Assembly (NCBI GenBank): GCA_013239625.1 | Contig: MU055362.1 | Span: 2,681,430-2,745,429 of the forward strand | Reading direction: 5' to 3' | DNA from: Lama guanicoe | Taxonomy: Eukaryota | DNA length: 64,000 nt | In this document: positions 49,405 to 60,525 of the stretch, in pieces | How the letters are laid out: each line of letters begins with the position of its first letter | Position numbering within the stretch: position 1 is the stretch's first letter | Notes under the pieces: generated by a model | Databases searched by the model: none | What the model saw: the letters and a program-made list of their open reading frames with translations, nothing else | What the model was told of the DNA's origin: nothing | Position numbers and translations under genes: made by a program

Positions 49405-51354
49405 CTTGTGGACTCATGGATACTTGTTTTATGCTTAGGTTCTAATCCAATACTACTTTGTTTCTTCTTTTGCTCAAAAATTTCCAGTTATAGTAGTTGG
49501 TTGTGTTTTTCCTTTTGCTTCAGAATCCACCTGAGCTGCTTCCATGACCAAGGAAGGAAGAAACCCTACAGAAAGGTCAGGGTGGAAGAAAAGGCTTGGC
49601 TTCTTGGCTTCAAGACCCATAGCTTGAGTAGAGGTCTGACCTGAAGCCATTTCTGTGGCTCCCGCAATCGCTGTCCTACATAAATTGGATGTGGCTTGAT
49701 TAACTGATTGCAGGGCAAAGGTCCCAGACCCCAGCCTCTCCTCCCTGGGGACTTGATCCTGCCCATTTGATTTGTGACAATTCTTTCTCCCACCTTAGCT
49801 TGGGAGGAAATGGGATGCAGCCAGGGNNNNNNNNNNNNNNNNNNNNNNNNNNNNNNNNNNNNNNNNNNNNNNNNNNNNNNNNNNNNNNNNNNNNNNNNNN
49901 NNNNNNNNNNNNNNNNNNNNNNNNNNNNNNNNNNNNNNNNNNNNNNNNNNNNNNNNNNNNNNNNNNNNNNNNNNNNNNNNNNNNNNNNNNNNNNNNNNTA
50001 TCTAAATATAGGTAATCTTTCCTAATCAAATGATAAATGTGTGTGTCCCAAATAGAAGGCACATAGTTAGCCACCTCGTTACAGAAGTTCAGGTGAATAA
50101 TGGAAATATTACTGGCATGACACCAGATCAGATGCTCTGGGACACTCAGTACTTGGATGTCAGGGCTCTCTGAGGTTTTTGGTGAAAGATCCTTCCTGGG
50201 AGCAGAGGTAGCCCTCACAAGCCTTTTAGAATGATATTCCAGGTACTTCTTATTCCTGGCAGCACGTGATTGTGTGTGTAGGAGGTTATGCTGTGAACAG
50301 CCAGCATCTGGCTCTATCTCCAGTCCTTCCTGAGGGACCCCAACTGAGGGGCATCTCAGTTCCAGACTTAGCGGGTGTCTAGGACTCATTTCCTCTTCAT
50401 GTAAAGGGAAATTCACAGTGTTAGAGCTGGCAGGAACCTAATTACTGCTTCTCTATAGAAACCCTGGTTGCTGTTTAGAAACATCTGGAAAAATAAAAAA
50501 CAGTAATGCTGGGGCCCCACCTGCAGAGGTTCTGATTCTTTACACCAGAGGGATCAAGTAGGTAGTGTTATGATCTCCATTTAACAGATAGATACCCTGA
50601 GGCCTGGATTAAATTCCTCTCAGACCTGAGAGTTGCTCATGGTGGAGGATTTGAACCCAGGTGGTCTGAGTCTGGAGTCCCAGACCTTAACCAACACACT
50701 GCCTGGAGGTGGGCCTTCGCACGTGTTGGTTTTCTTCTATACCAATGAATGTTAGAATCACCTGGGGAGATTTTCACAAACATGGTCACCTGTACCCCAC
50801 TCCCTGATTCTAGTTTAACTGGGCTGGTGTGAGGTTAGCGCATTGAGGGGCTTTTAAATATCTCCAGGGGATTTGAATGGACATGCGGGGTCAAGGACCC
50901 TGATTTAAGCTCAATCTGTGGACTACTCCCCAGTGCCTAGAAACAGACCCCAATTCCCAGAGGTGGAAGTCAGCCAGAGGTAGTACCAGGACTCAGATGC
51001 TGACCAGCTTTCTATGCAGAAGGGGCATCTGGCTGAATAAGGCCTTTAATTTTTTTTATTTACTTATTTTTGGGGTTTACATTGTTTTTGTTGAGAACAT
51101 TAAGAGATTGAGAAATTTCACATAGAAGCCCAGGTTTCAGAATTCACTAGAAATATCAGCGTATCTGGTGACACTGGGCTAAAGCTGAGAAGGGTTGTTC
51201 TCTCCAGTTAGACATGTCCCCTCTGCCTTCCTGGCCTTCTCATGGCTGGTCCCCAAGGGCACTGGTATTTATAACCACTGTACTCCTCCCATGATGTCCT
51301 TCCTCACAAAAATTTGTGTTGTTGTCTTGTTACGATTCTAGATTTAAGCACCTT

Positions 51355-51570
51355 AAGGTTTTCAACCTGGGGACAACTCTGTCCCCTAGGGACATTTGGC
51401 AATGTCTCAAGTTCTGTGGGGTTGTCACAATGAGGGTGGGGGACAGTGCTACAAGCTTCTAGTGGGTAGAGGTCAGAGATACTGCTATACATCCTACCAT
51501 GCACAGGCCAGCCCCACAACGAAGAATTTTCCAGCCCTGAGAATCAGTAGTGCTAAGGTGGAGAAACTGC
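51355..51570. mobile_element. MER20 hAT element (copy 1)
   Basis: 'tcaacctgggg...gggacatttggcaatgtct...ttgtcacaa...tctagtgggtagaggtcaga..tgct..acatccta..atgcacagg'. Confidence 0.9.
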
Positions 51571-53884
51571 CTTGAGGTAGTGTCTGCGCCTCTTGCTCAT
51601 CTCTGATTTCAGAATCCACCTGAGCTGCTTCCATGGCCAAGGAAGGAAGAAACCCTACAGAAAGGTCAGGGTGAAAGAAAAGGCTTGGCTTCTTGGCTTC
51701 AAGACCCATAGCTTGAGTAGAGGTCTGACCTGAAGCCATTTCTGTGGCTCCCGCAATCGCTGTCCTACATAAATTGGATGTGGCTTGATTAACTGATTGC
51801 AGGGCAAAGGTCCCAGACCCCAGCCTCTCCTCCCTGGGGACTTGATCCTGCCCATTTGATTTGTGACAATTCTTTCTCCCACCTTAGCTTGGGAGGAAAT
51901 GGGATGCAGCCAGGGTGATCACTTATCTAGGGTGACAGCAAGTAAACATGAAAAATGTGCTAGGGAACACAAAAGGACAGCGATCAGAAAGGCTTTTTCT
52001 TTCAACCTAAATCATGATGTTTTGGGCGTCGGCTAGAGTTTCCCAAACTTCAGAATCCACCTGAGCTGCTTCCATGACCAAGGAAGGAAGAAACCCTACA
52101 GAAAGGTCAGGGTGGAAGAAAAGGCTTGGCTTCTTGGCTTCAAGACCCATAGCTTGAGTAGAGGTCTGACCTGAAGCCATTTCTGTGGCTCCCGCAATCG
52201 CTGTCCTACATAAATTGGATGTGGCTTGATTAACTGATTGCAGGGCAAAGGTCCCAGACCCCAGCCTCTCCTCCCTGGGGACTTGATCCTGCCCATTTGA
52301 TTTGTGACAATTCTTTCTCCCACCTTAGCTTGGGAGGAAATGGGATGCAGCCAGGGTGATCACTTATCTAGGGTGACAGCAAGTAAACATGAAAAATGTG
52401 CTAGGGAACACAAAAGGACAGCGATCAGAAAGGCTTTTTCTTTCAACCTAAATCATGATGTTTTGGGCGTCGGCTAGAGTTTCCCAAGTTATTTATAACT
52501 GTCCATCCCTGTTAAGGGATATATGTTTTATCTAAATATAGGTAATCTTTCCTAATCAAATGATAAATGTGTGTGTCCCAAATAGAAGGCGCATAGTTAG
52601 CCACCTCGTTACAGAAGTTCAGGTGAATAATGGAAATATTACTGGCATGACACCAGATCAGATGCTCTGGGACACTCAGTACTTGGATGTCAGGGCTCTC
52701 TGAGGTTTTTGGTGAAAGATCCTTCCTGGGAGCAGAGGTAGCCCTCACAAGCCTTTTAGAATGATATTCCAGGTACTTCTTATTCCTGGCAGCACGTGAT
52801 TGTGTGTGTAGGAGGTTATGCTGTGAACAGCCAGCATCTGGCTCTATCTCCAGTCCTTCCTGAGGGACCCCAACTGAGGGGCATCTCAGTTCCAGACTTA
52901 GCGGGTGTCTAGGACTCATTTCCTCTTCATGTAAAGGGAAATTCACAGTGTTAGAGCTGGCAGGAACCTAATTACTGCTTCTCTATAGAAACCCTGGTTG
53001 CTGTTTAGAAACATCTGGAAAAATAAAAAACAGTAATGCTGGGGCCCCACCTGCAGAGGTTCTGATTCTTTACACCAGAGGGATCAAGTAGGTAGTGTTA
53101 TGATCTCCATTTAACAGGTAGATACCCTGAGGCCTGGATTAAATTCCTCTCAGACCTGAGAGTTGCTCATGGTGGAGGATTTGAACCCAGGTGGTCTGAG
53201 TCTGGAGTCCCAGACCTTAACCAACACACTGCCTGGAGGTGGGCCTTCGCACGTGTTGGTTTTCTTCTATACCAATGAATGTTAGAATCACCTGGGGAGA
53301 TTTTCACAAACATGGTCACCTGTACCCCACTCCCTGATTCTAGTTTAACTGGGCTGGTGTGAGGTTAGCGCATGGAGGGGCTTTTAAATATCTCCAGGGG
53401 ATTTGAATGGACATGCGGGGTCAAGGACCCTGATTTAAGCTCAATCTGTGGACTACTCCCCAGTGCCTAGAAACAGACCCCAATTCCCAGAGGTGGAAGT
53501 CAGCCAGAGGTAGTACCAGGACTCAGATGCTGACCAGCTTTCTATGCAGAAGGGGCATCTGGCTGAATAAGGCCTTTAATTTTTTTTATTTACTTATTTT
53601 TGGGGTTTACATTGTTTTTGTTGAGAACATTAAGAGATTGAGAAATTTCACATAGAAGCCCAGGTTTCAGAATTCACTAGAAATATCAGCGTATCTGGTG
53701 ACACTGGGCTAAAGCTGAGAAGGGTTGTTCTCTCCAGTTAGACATGTCCCCTCGGCCTTCCTGGCCTTCTCATGGCTGGTCCCCAAGGGCACTGGTATTT
53801 ATAACCACTGTACTCCTCCCATGATGTCCTTCCTCACAAAAATTTGTGTTGTTGTCTTGTTACGATTCTAGATTTAAGCACCTT

Positions 53885-54100
53885 AAGGTTTTCAACCTGG
53901 GGACAACTCTGTCCCCTAGGGACATTTGGCAATGTCTCAAGTTCTGTGGGGTTGTCACAATGAGGGTGGGGGACAGTGCTACAAGCTTCTAGTGGGTAGA
54001 GGTCAGAGATACTGCTATACATCCTACCATGCACAGGCCAGCCCCACAACGAAGAATTTTCCAGCCCTGAGAATCAGTAGTGCTAAGGTGGAGAAACTGC
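53885..54100. mobile_element. MER20 hAT element (duplicated copy)
   Basis: Same sequence as 51355-51570, shifted by 2530 bp. Confidence 0.9.
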
Positions 54101-54379
54101 CTTGAGGTAGTGTCTGCGCCTCTTGCTCATCTCTGAGCACCCCAGTCTCTGGGCCTGGCTGGTGGCACATAGTAGATGGTCAATTAAATGTCAGCTGGCA
54201 GACCGTGCTGGCTTATCCTCCACTCCTGCTGGGTTTCCACCTAATGCATCGTTGCTTTGCTCTGTGGGCACCATATGGCCCCGAGATAAATGAGTGAGTC
54301 AGTACAAAGCCTACCATATGCAAAGTAAGTGATCTTATGAATGAAATCCAGAGCAGGGACACAATGGTTTCATCTGAAG

Positions 54380-54720
54380 ACGGAGACTAATTAAACACAA
54401 GATTGCTGCCAGTGCATTTGTTGGGAGAACCGAAGGTGTTCTGCGGTGGGAAGACTCTTTGCTCATTCTGAGGGGAGAGGAATAGGGAGGTAGTCTTAAT
54501 CACGCTTTTACTGATCAAAGGTGTCCTTAAAATCAGTCCTTTCATTAACTGGGTGAGGAATGAGACGGACCCAGTGGGATGTTTCAGGCGGCATAAATTA
54601 ATTATAAATTGCTGCAAATGACCTGCCTGGAATCTAACTCCCATGCCTTTGCAGGAAAGGTTCAGAGGACTTCAGTTAATGCTCTGAGGGAGCTGACATT
54701 AAATAAGCCATGCTGGGGTG
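54380..54720. promoter_or_regulatory. Candidate developmental enhancer
   Basis: CTAATTAA near 54386, TCF/LEF-type GATCAAAGG at 54513-54521, CATAAATTAATTATAAATT at 54592-54610; no recognisable repeat. Confidence 0.4.
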
Positions 54721-54844
54721 TGCCAAACCGAGGCTCCATGTCACCCTTTTGGTGACCACGTGGGAATGGGGGCCATGTCAGACTTAGCCTAGCCACCACT
54801 GTGTCTGGCCTTGCAGCTATGTCCAGGACGAGGTGGCCAATTTA

Positions 54845-54940
54845 CGGTGACCAGCCATCCAGGTTTTTCTGGGATTGTCCCAGTTTTAGTGTGAAAGTTC
54901 TGGATCCTGGGAAATCCCTCCTCAGGATGGGTAAAGTCCT
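54845..54940. mobile_element. MER94-like hAT fragment
   Basis: 'ggtgaccagccatccaggttt..ctgggattgtcccagttttag..tgaaagt...tcctgggaaa'. Confidence 0.6.
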
Positions 54941-55789
54941 GAATTTCAGCGAGGGGAGTAGAAGTTATAGGACAAACACAAAGCCCACACTGTAGCCCCA
55001 AATAACACTGTTCTAGTGCCCAGTGGATATGGAATAGGTCATTTGCCTTCTGTAGTTGCTATGGCCGTTCCACCCCCGACTGCTGATGTTGGCAACCCTG
55101 GGTAGACTTTTGAAGCTGCCCTATGCTCACCCTTGCTCTGTATCTGGCCAGAGATGAATGACCAAAGTGTGACTTCTGGTCAGGTGTCTGGGTGCAGTTT
55201 CCCACATGAGCTCATGGTAGCTATGTGGCCTTGGGAAGGCTGTCTAACCTCTTCAGGGCTCATTTCCCCCATCTATTCCATGGGGATAATAAGAGCACCC
55301 CACACCGAGATTTGTAATGAGCATCAAAGGAGACAGTCATAAAATGCCTACAGAAGGGCTTTGTTCAGATTAAGTGATCAATAAATCTTAACTGCCACTA
55401 ATAAAATAATTGTACTGTAATAATCATTGTTATTGCCATTATTATCACTATTATTGTTGGAATAAGCCTCTGAATGCATGTGATCAGGCAGCGTGGAGTA
55501 GCCCAGGTCTTTGCCCTGAGCATCTTTCCCACCAGCATTAGCTATTCTGTGAATGTGCAGGAGTGGTGGGGGCTTCTTTTGTATGTGGCAGGGAGACATG
55601 GGGTGATTGCTCTCTGGGGGGCTTGAGCTCCAGTCACCTGGGCAGGGACCTGGGGGTGGAGGTGGAAAATGGGGAGAAGACCAGCTGGGGCCCCCAAAGA
55701 GCTAAGTTTAGAAGCACCATGAACCCTCTCATCCTTCTCCCTAGGGGGCTCCCTTCCTGAGTTGTGATTTTGGTGTCCTACACACTGTG

Positions 55790-58700
55790 AAACCATCACC
55801 ACAATCAAGAAAATAAAGTTTGTAATATCTCACTCCCTAACCTAAGGCTACAAAGATTTTCTCCTCTGTCTTTTCATCCAGAGTTTTGTCGCTTTACCTT
55901 TTATTTAAATCTCTGACCCATTTCGAATTGAACTTCAAGATGTGTGGTCCATGTTTTTGCGATGGACATCCAACTCTTCCAGCACCATCTGCAGATAGGA
56001 CTGTCCTCTCTCTATGGCGCTGCCTTTGCCCCTTTGACAAAACTTAGTTGTCCACATATGTGTGGTCTTTTTCCTCAACTCTATTCTGTTCCATTGATCT
56101 CTGTCTCTTGTGACACCAGCACAACCCTGTCTGGATTACCGTAGCTTTTCGAAGTCTTCAATATTACTCTTTTTCAAAGTACCCTCCAATAAAATGCTAA
56201 CTAGAAGTAATGCGTATGGACACCCATGCCTTGTTCCTGATCTTAGGGGGAAAGGCAATAGTCTTTTTTTTTTTTAAATCAAGTATGATGTTGACTGTAG
56301 ACTTTTTGTAGACGCCCTTTATGAGGCTGGGAAGTTCCCTCAATCCCTAGTTTGCTGAGAGATTTTATGAGGAATGGATGTTGGATTTAGTTAAATTGAT
56401 TTTCTGAGTCTGTTGAGATAATCATATGGTTTTTCTAGTTTTAATTTATTAATATGGTGAATTATATCCATTGATTTTTGAATGTTAAATCAATATTTCG
56501 TTTCTAGGATAAATGCCACCATGTATGAAATTTTTATATATTTTTGGATTTGCTTGATAAAACTATGTTTGGAATTTTTGCATCTATGTTCATGAGGGAT
56601 TTTGGTCTTAAGTTTATTCTCTTGTGATATCTATCAGGCTGTGGCATCAGGGTAATGCTGGCCTCTGAGAATGAACTAGGAAGTGCTTTCTCCTCTTCAA
56701 TTTTCTGAGTTTGTGTAAGTTGGCATTATTTCATCTTTAAATGTTTGGAAGCATTTACCAGTGAGTTTTCTTTGTAGGAAGTTTTTAAACTATAAATTCA
56801 TTTTTTAAAATAAATAAAAGACTCTTCCACGTATTTATTACTTCTTGAGTGAGTTTTGGTAATTTGTTTTTCAAGGGGTTTTTCCATTTTATTGAAGTTG
56901 CCAAAGTTATTGGCATAAAGTTTATTATAATAGCTCCTTTACTATCATTTTATTATCTGTAGGATCTATAATAATATTGTAGATTCCTGATGCTGGCAAT
57001 CTGTGTATGGCTTTTTTTTCCTGATCAGCCTGGCTCAGATTTATCAATTTCATTAATGTTCTTTAAGAATCGGCTTCGGGTTTCATTGATTTTTCTCAAT
57101 TGTTTTTCTGTTTTCTCACTGATTTCTGGTCTTTCTGATTTTCTTTCTTCTACTTACTTCAGGTTTAATTTGCTCTTCTTTATCTAGTTTCTTAAGGTAG
57201 AAGGTGGGGGTCATTGATTTGAGAACTTTCCTCTTTTATAGTAGAGCTGTTTAGTGTTACAAATTTCCTTTCACATACTGCTTTAATGGCACCTAACAAA
57301 TTTTTAGATGTTGCGTTTCATTTTAATTTGCTTCAGAATACATTTTGTCTCCCTTGTGATGTTTTCTTTGAGCTAAGCGCTTTTTAAAAATGTGTCATTT
57401 AGTCTCCAAACATTTGAAGATGTTCCGGAGATCTTTCTGTTATTTATTTCTAATTACATTCTGTTGTGGAAAAAGAATATACTCTGTATGACTTGAATTT
57501 TCAATTTATTGTTTAATGGGCCAGAATCTTGGTAAATGTTTTGTGTGCACATGAAAAAAATGTGTGTTCTGCTGTTACAAAGTCGTTTTTAAATATCAAT
57601 TAGGTCGAGTTGATTGATTGTGTTCAGTCTCCTACATCCTTACTGACTTTCTGCCTCCTTGCTCCTGGTAATATTCTTTGCTCTTAAATATAATTTGTCT
57701 GATGTAAATATAACCAGCTTGCCTCATGAACACTGTAAGGTAATAAATTTTTTGTTATAAGCCTCCAAGTTTGTGATAATTAGTTATGCAGCAATAGAAA
57801 ACCAGTTCATAGGGTGTAGAGTTCTAGGCTGAAGTTTTTTTTTTCTGGACTTTAAAGATATAACTGACTCTTCTTGCTTCCGTTACATCTGAGGAGAAAT
57901 CTGCTATCATCTTTCTCTTTCTTTTTTTCAATGTATGCAATGTGACTTTTTATAAGCTTTGGCTACTTTTACAGTTTTTTTCTTTGCAACTGATTTTGAA
58001 ATAACACGACTAGAATGTGTCTTGGGATCGTTTTCTTCCGATGTGTTGTGTTCAGGTGCGTTGAGCTGCTTGGATCTGTGGGTTTATATTTTTCATTAAA
58101 TTTGGAAGCATTTCAGCCATGATTTCTTCAAATATTTTTTCCTATGGTCCTTGCCTTCCTTTCTCTTCTTTTTTGGGGACTCAGTCTCACATACATTGGG
58201 TTGCTTGAGTTCACTGACGGTTTGTTCATTTTTAAAAATTCATTTTTTCTCTCTGTTTTTCATTTTGGAGAGACTTCACTGTTATGCCTTCAAGTTTACC
58301 AACCTTTTCTTCTGTGATGTTTGGTTTGCCATTAATTCCACTGAGTGTATTTTTAACCTCAGACACTGTAGTTTTAATCTGTTGAGTTTGGTCTTTTTTT
58401 ATATCTTCCATGTCTCTAATTTTTCAAACATATGTAATACAGTTTAATACTCTTTTAATGTTCTTGTCTGATAGTTCTAATATCTATGTCAGTTCTGGAT
58501 AAGTTTCAACTGATTATTTTTTTTCCCTTATCATGGCTGTTATTTTCCTGTTTCTTTGCATGCCTGGTAATTTTTCACTGGATTCCAGACTTTTGACTTT
58601 TAACCCTTTGTGTGCTGCATGCTTTTGTTTTCCTATAGATGTTATTGAACATTGTTCTGGAATGTACTTAACATTACTTGGAAACATTTGATCCTTTTGA

Positions 58701-59300
58701 GTCTTGCTTTTTAAATTTGTTAGGCAGGACCAGAGCTGTGTTTAGTTTGGGTTAATTACTTCCCCCTACGGAGGCGAGGCTCTTACCCTGTGAATGATGA
58801 GATTCCCCAGTATGATGGGACAGGTGCTGTTCCAGGTCCTGTTCAGTGCTGTGTACTGGCCCCTCTGATCCTTTCGGATTGCTCGTGCTCGTCTGGGCAG
58901 TTTCCTCACACGCTGTGCAGATCAGCACTCTGCTAGCTGCTTCTAGGGGACCTCTGCAGGTCTCTGGAGTTTCCTCTCTGTGAAGTTTTCTTCTCTCTGG
59001 TACCTTGTCCTAAGAGCCCTAGCTGCTCTTGGACTTGGTTCTCTCTCCTCAACTCAGGGCTTCTCCTGGGTTCCCCCACATTCTCACCCTTAGTGCGGCA
59101 TTCTGGAAGCTCTCCCATGGCAGCAAGCTGGACCACTTGTGCGCTAACCTGGTCTATTTCCTGACTCCCTGGGACCATTGTTTTTCATTGCCCAGTGATC
59201 AGTCTCTTGAAAACTGTTGTTTCAAACATTTTTGTCCAGTATTTCAGGCAAGAGGGTAAATCTCGTTCCTCTTTTTCCACCTTGGCTGGAAGCAGAAGTC
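55790..59300 (-). mobile_element. Old L1M element (ORF2, ORF1, 5' UTR), with a small MLT fragment near 57716-57810
   Basis: 'ccttgttcctgatcttagggggaaa', 'catctatgttcatgagggat', 'gtaatgctggcctc'; 5' terminus-like 'cttggctggaagcagaagtc'. Confidence 0.85.
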
Positions 59301-59612
59301 TAAACCTTCTGTGTTCTGTGGTCAGAATCCACCGACATTCTGGCTTAAACTTGCTGTTGTGATTACAAGGATCAGACATTTTACTACTTCCTCTTCTTAT
59401 CTAATCTGCCTTCTTGCAATGTTTTGATGACCTCTCTGCTTTCCCCTGAATGCTGTAACTTAATACATTCTATTTTTACTCGCTAATCTTGATTGACTTT
59501 CATCCCTTAATGCAATAACTTTTTCTTCTGCCCAGTACTATCTGACATACACACAATGCATTTCTTCTTCACTCTCCCATCCATCAGCCAAGGAATGGCA
59601 GTACTGCCCTGC

Positions 59613-59995
59613 TGCAATTGACTGAATTGTGTCCCCCCACCCACCACCAATATCATAGGTGGAAGCCCTAACCCCCAGTGTGATGGTATTTGGAGGTGGG
59701 GCCTTTGGGAGGTAATTAAGTTTAGACGAGGTCACGAGAGTGGGACCCCTCGATGGGAGTAGTGCCTTTTAGGAAGCGCTCTTTCTCTCTCTCTCCATGT
59801 GCACACACGGAGGAAAGGCTGTGTGAAGCCATACAGAGAAGGGGGCTGTCTGCAAGCCAGCAGGAGCTCTCACCAGAAACCAACCCCTGTTAGACCTTGG
59901 TCTCGGACTTTCCAGCCTCCAGAACTGTGAGAAAGTAATTTTCTGTTGTCTAACCCAGTCTATGGTTTTTTATGATGGAGACCTAAGAAGACAAA
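59613..59995 (+). mobile_element. MLT1A-like LTR
   Basis: 'cctaacccccagtgtgatggtatttggaggtggggcctttgggaggtaatta', 'cagcctccagaactgtgaga'. Confidence 0.9.
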
Positions 59996-60089
59996 CAGAT
60001 CTGGCACCTCTCCGTTAGTCTGTCTTCTTACTCAAGCTGCTCTCTGGGTTTTTTTCTCCCCTTCAAGCTATTCTGTAACCTGTGCTCTA

Positions 60090-60525
60090 GTGTGTTTCTC
60101 CCTCTCCTTCTCCTTTTAACCCCCGCGCTATCCTAGACAAGCCTCCTCATCCTGGTCTATAGGAGCCTTTTTCTTTCCAGGCCCTCTGTTTACACAAGAT
60201 GTCACGGTATTCCTTTAAAGCACAGTTCCAGTCAGGGCCCACCTCTTCTCTCACAGCTTCAGTGACTCCCGTTGTCCTCGGAAATAGTGTTCAATAGTTC
60301 CTTCCTCCACGATGCCTTTTTCAATCTGCCAGTTGGATGTATTTTCTCCTTTGTGTCCTCACAGGGGGTTTGTTTTCTCCTCCAGTCCCTGTACACATTC
60401 CTTTCTCCCTTGTCATTGGCTGTGAGCTGCCACCTCCTTATCAGCCTGCAGACTCCTTGGTGATGCACCAGCATCAGAGCACCTCACAGAATTTTGCGCG
60501 TATCAGTGCTCACCAAATGCCTGCA
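60090..60525 (+). mobile_element. L2 3' fragment
   Basis: Pyrimidine-rich; ends 'ttggctgtgagct...cagtgctcaccaaatg'. Confidence 0.5.

Larger units (their letters stand above)
35301..49998. other. Ten N runs of 128-229 bp: 35301-35480, 40839-40989, 41821-41995, 42294-42458, 42476-42654, 43214-43402, 43466-43600, 45563-45791, 47940-48067, 49827-49998
   Basis: Directly visible; nine of the ten lie in L1s or in the duplication. Confidence 0.98.
49518..54136 (+). repeat. Near-identical tandem duplication: 49518-51606, partial 51608-52046, 52048-54136
   Basis: Two 2089-bp copies offset by 2530 bp with 4 substitutions seen; the 439-bp middle copy has 2; duplicated ORFs in the track confirm the offsets. 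Confidence 0.97.

Noticed and set aside
49700-50416. Longest ORF in the track (238 aa)
   Set aside because: It runs through Ns; the duplicate copy stops at 52512 (144 aa), and it has no recognisable homology.
49566-52323. Three near-identical 75-aa ORFs suggesting a gene array
   Set aside because: A by-product of the DNA duplication; non-ATG start and no coding signature.
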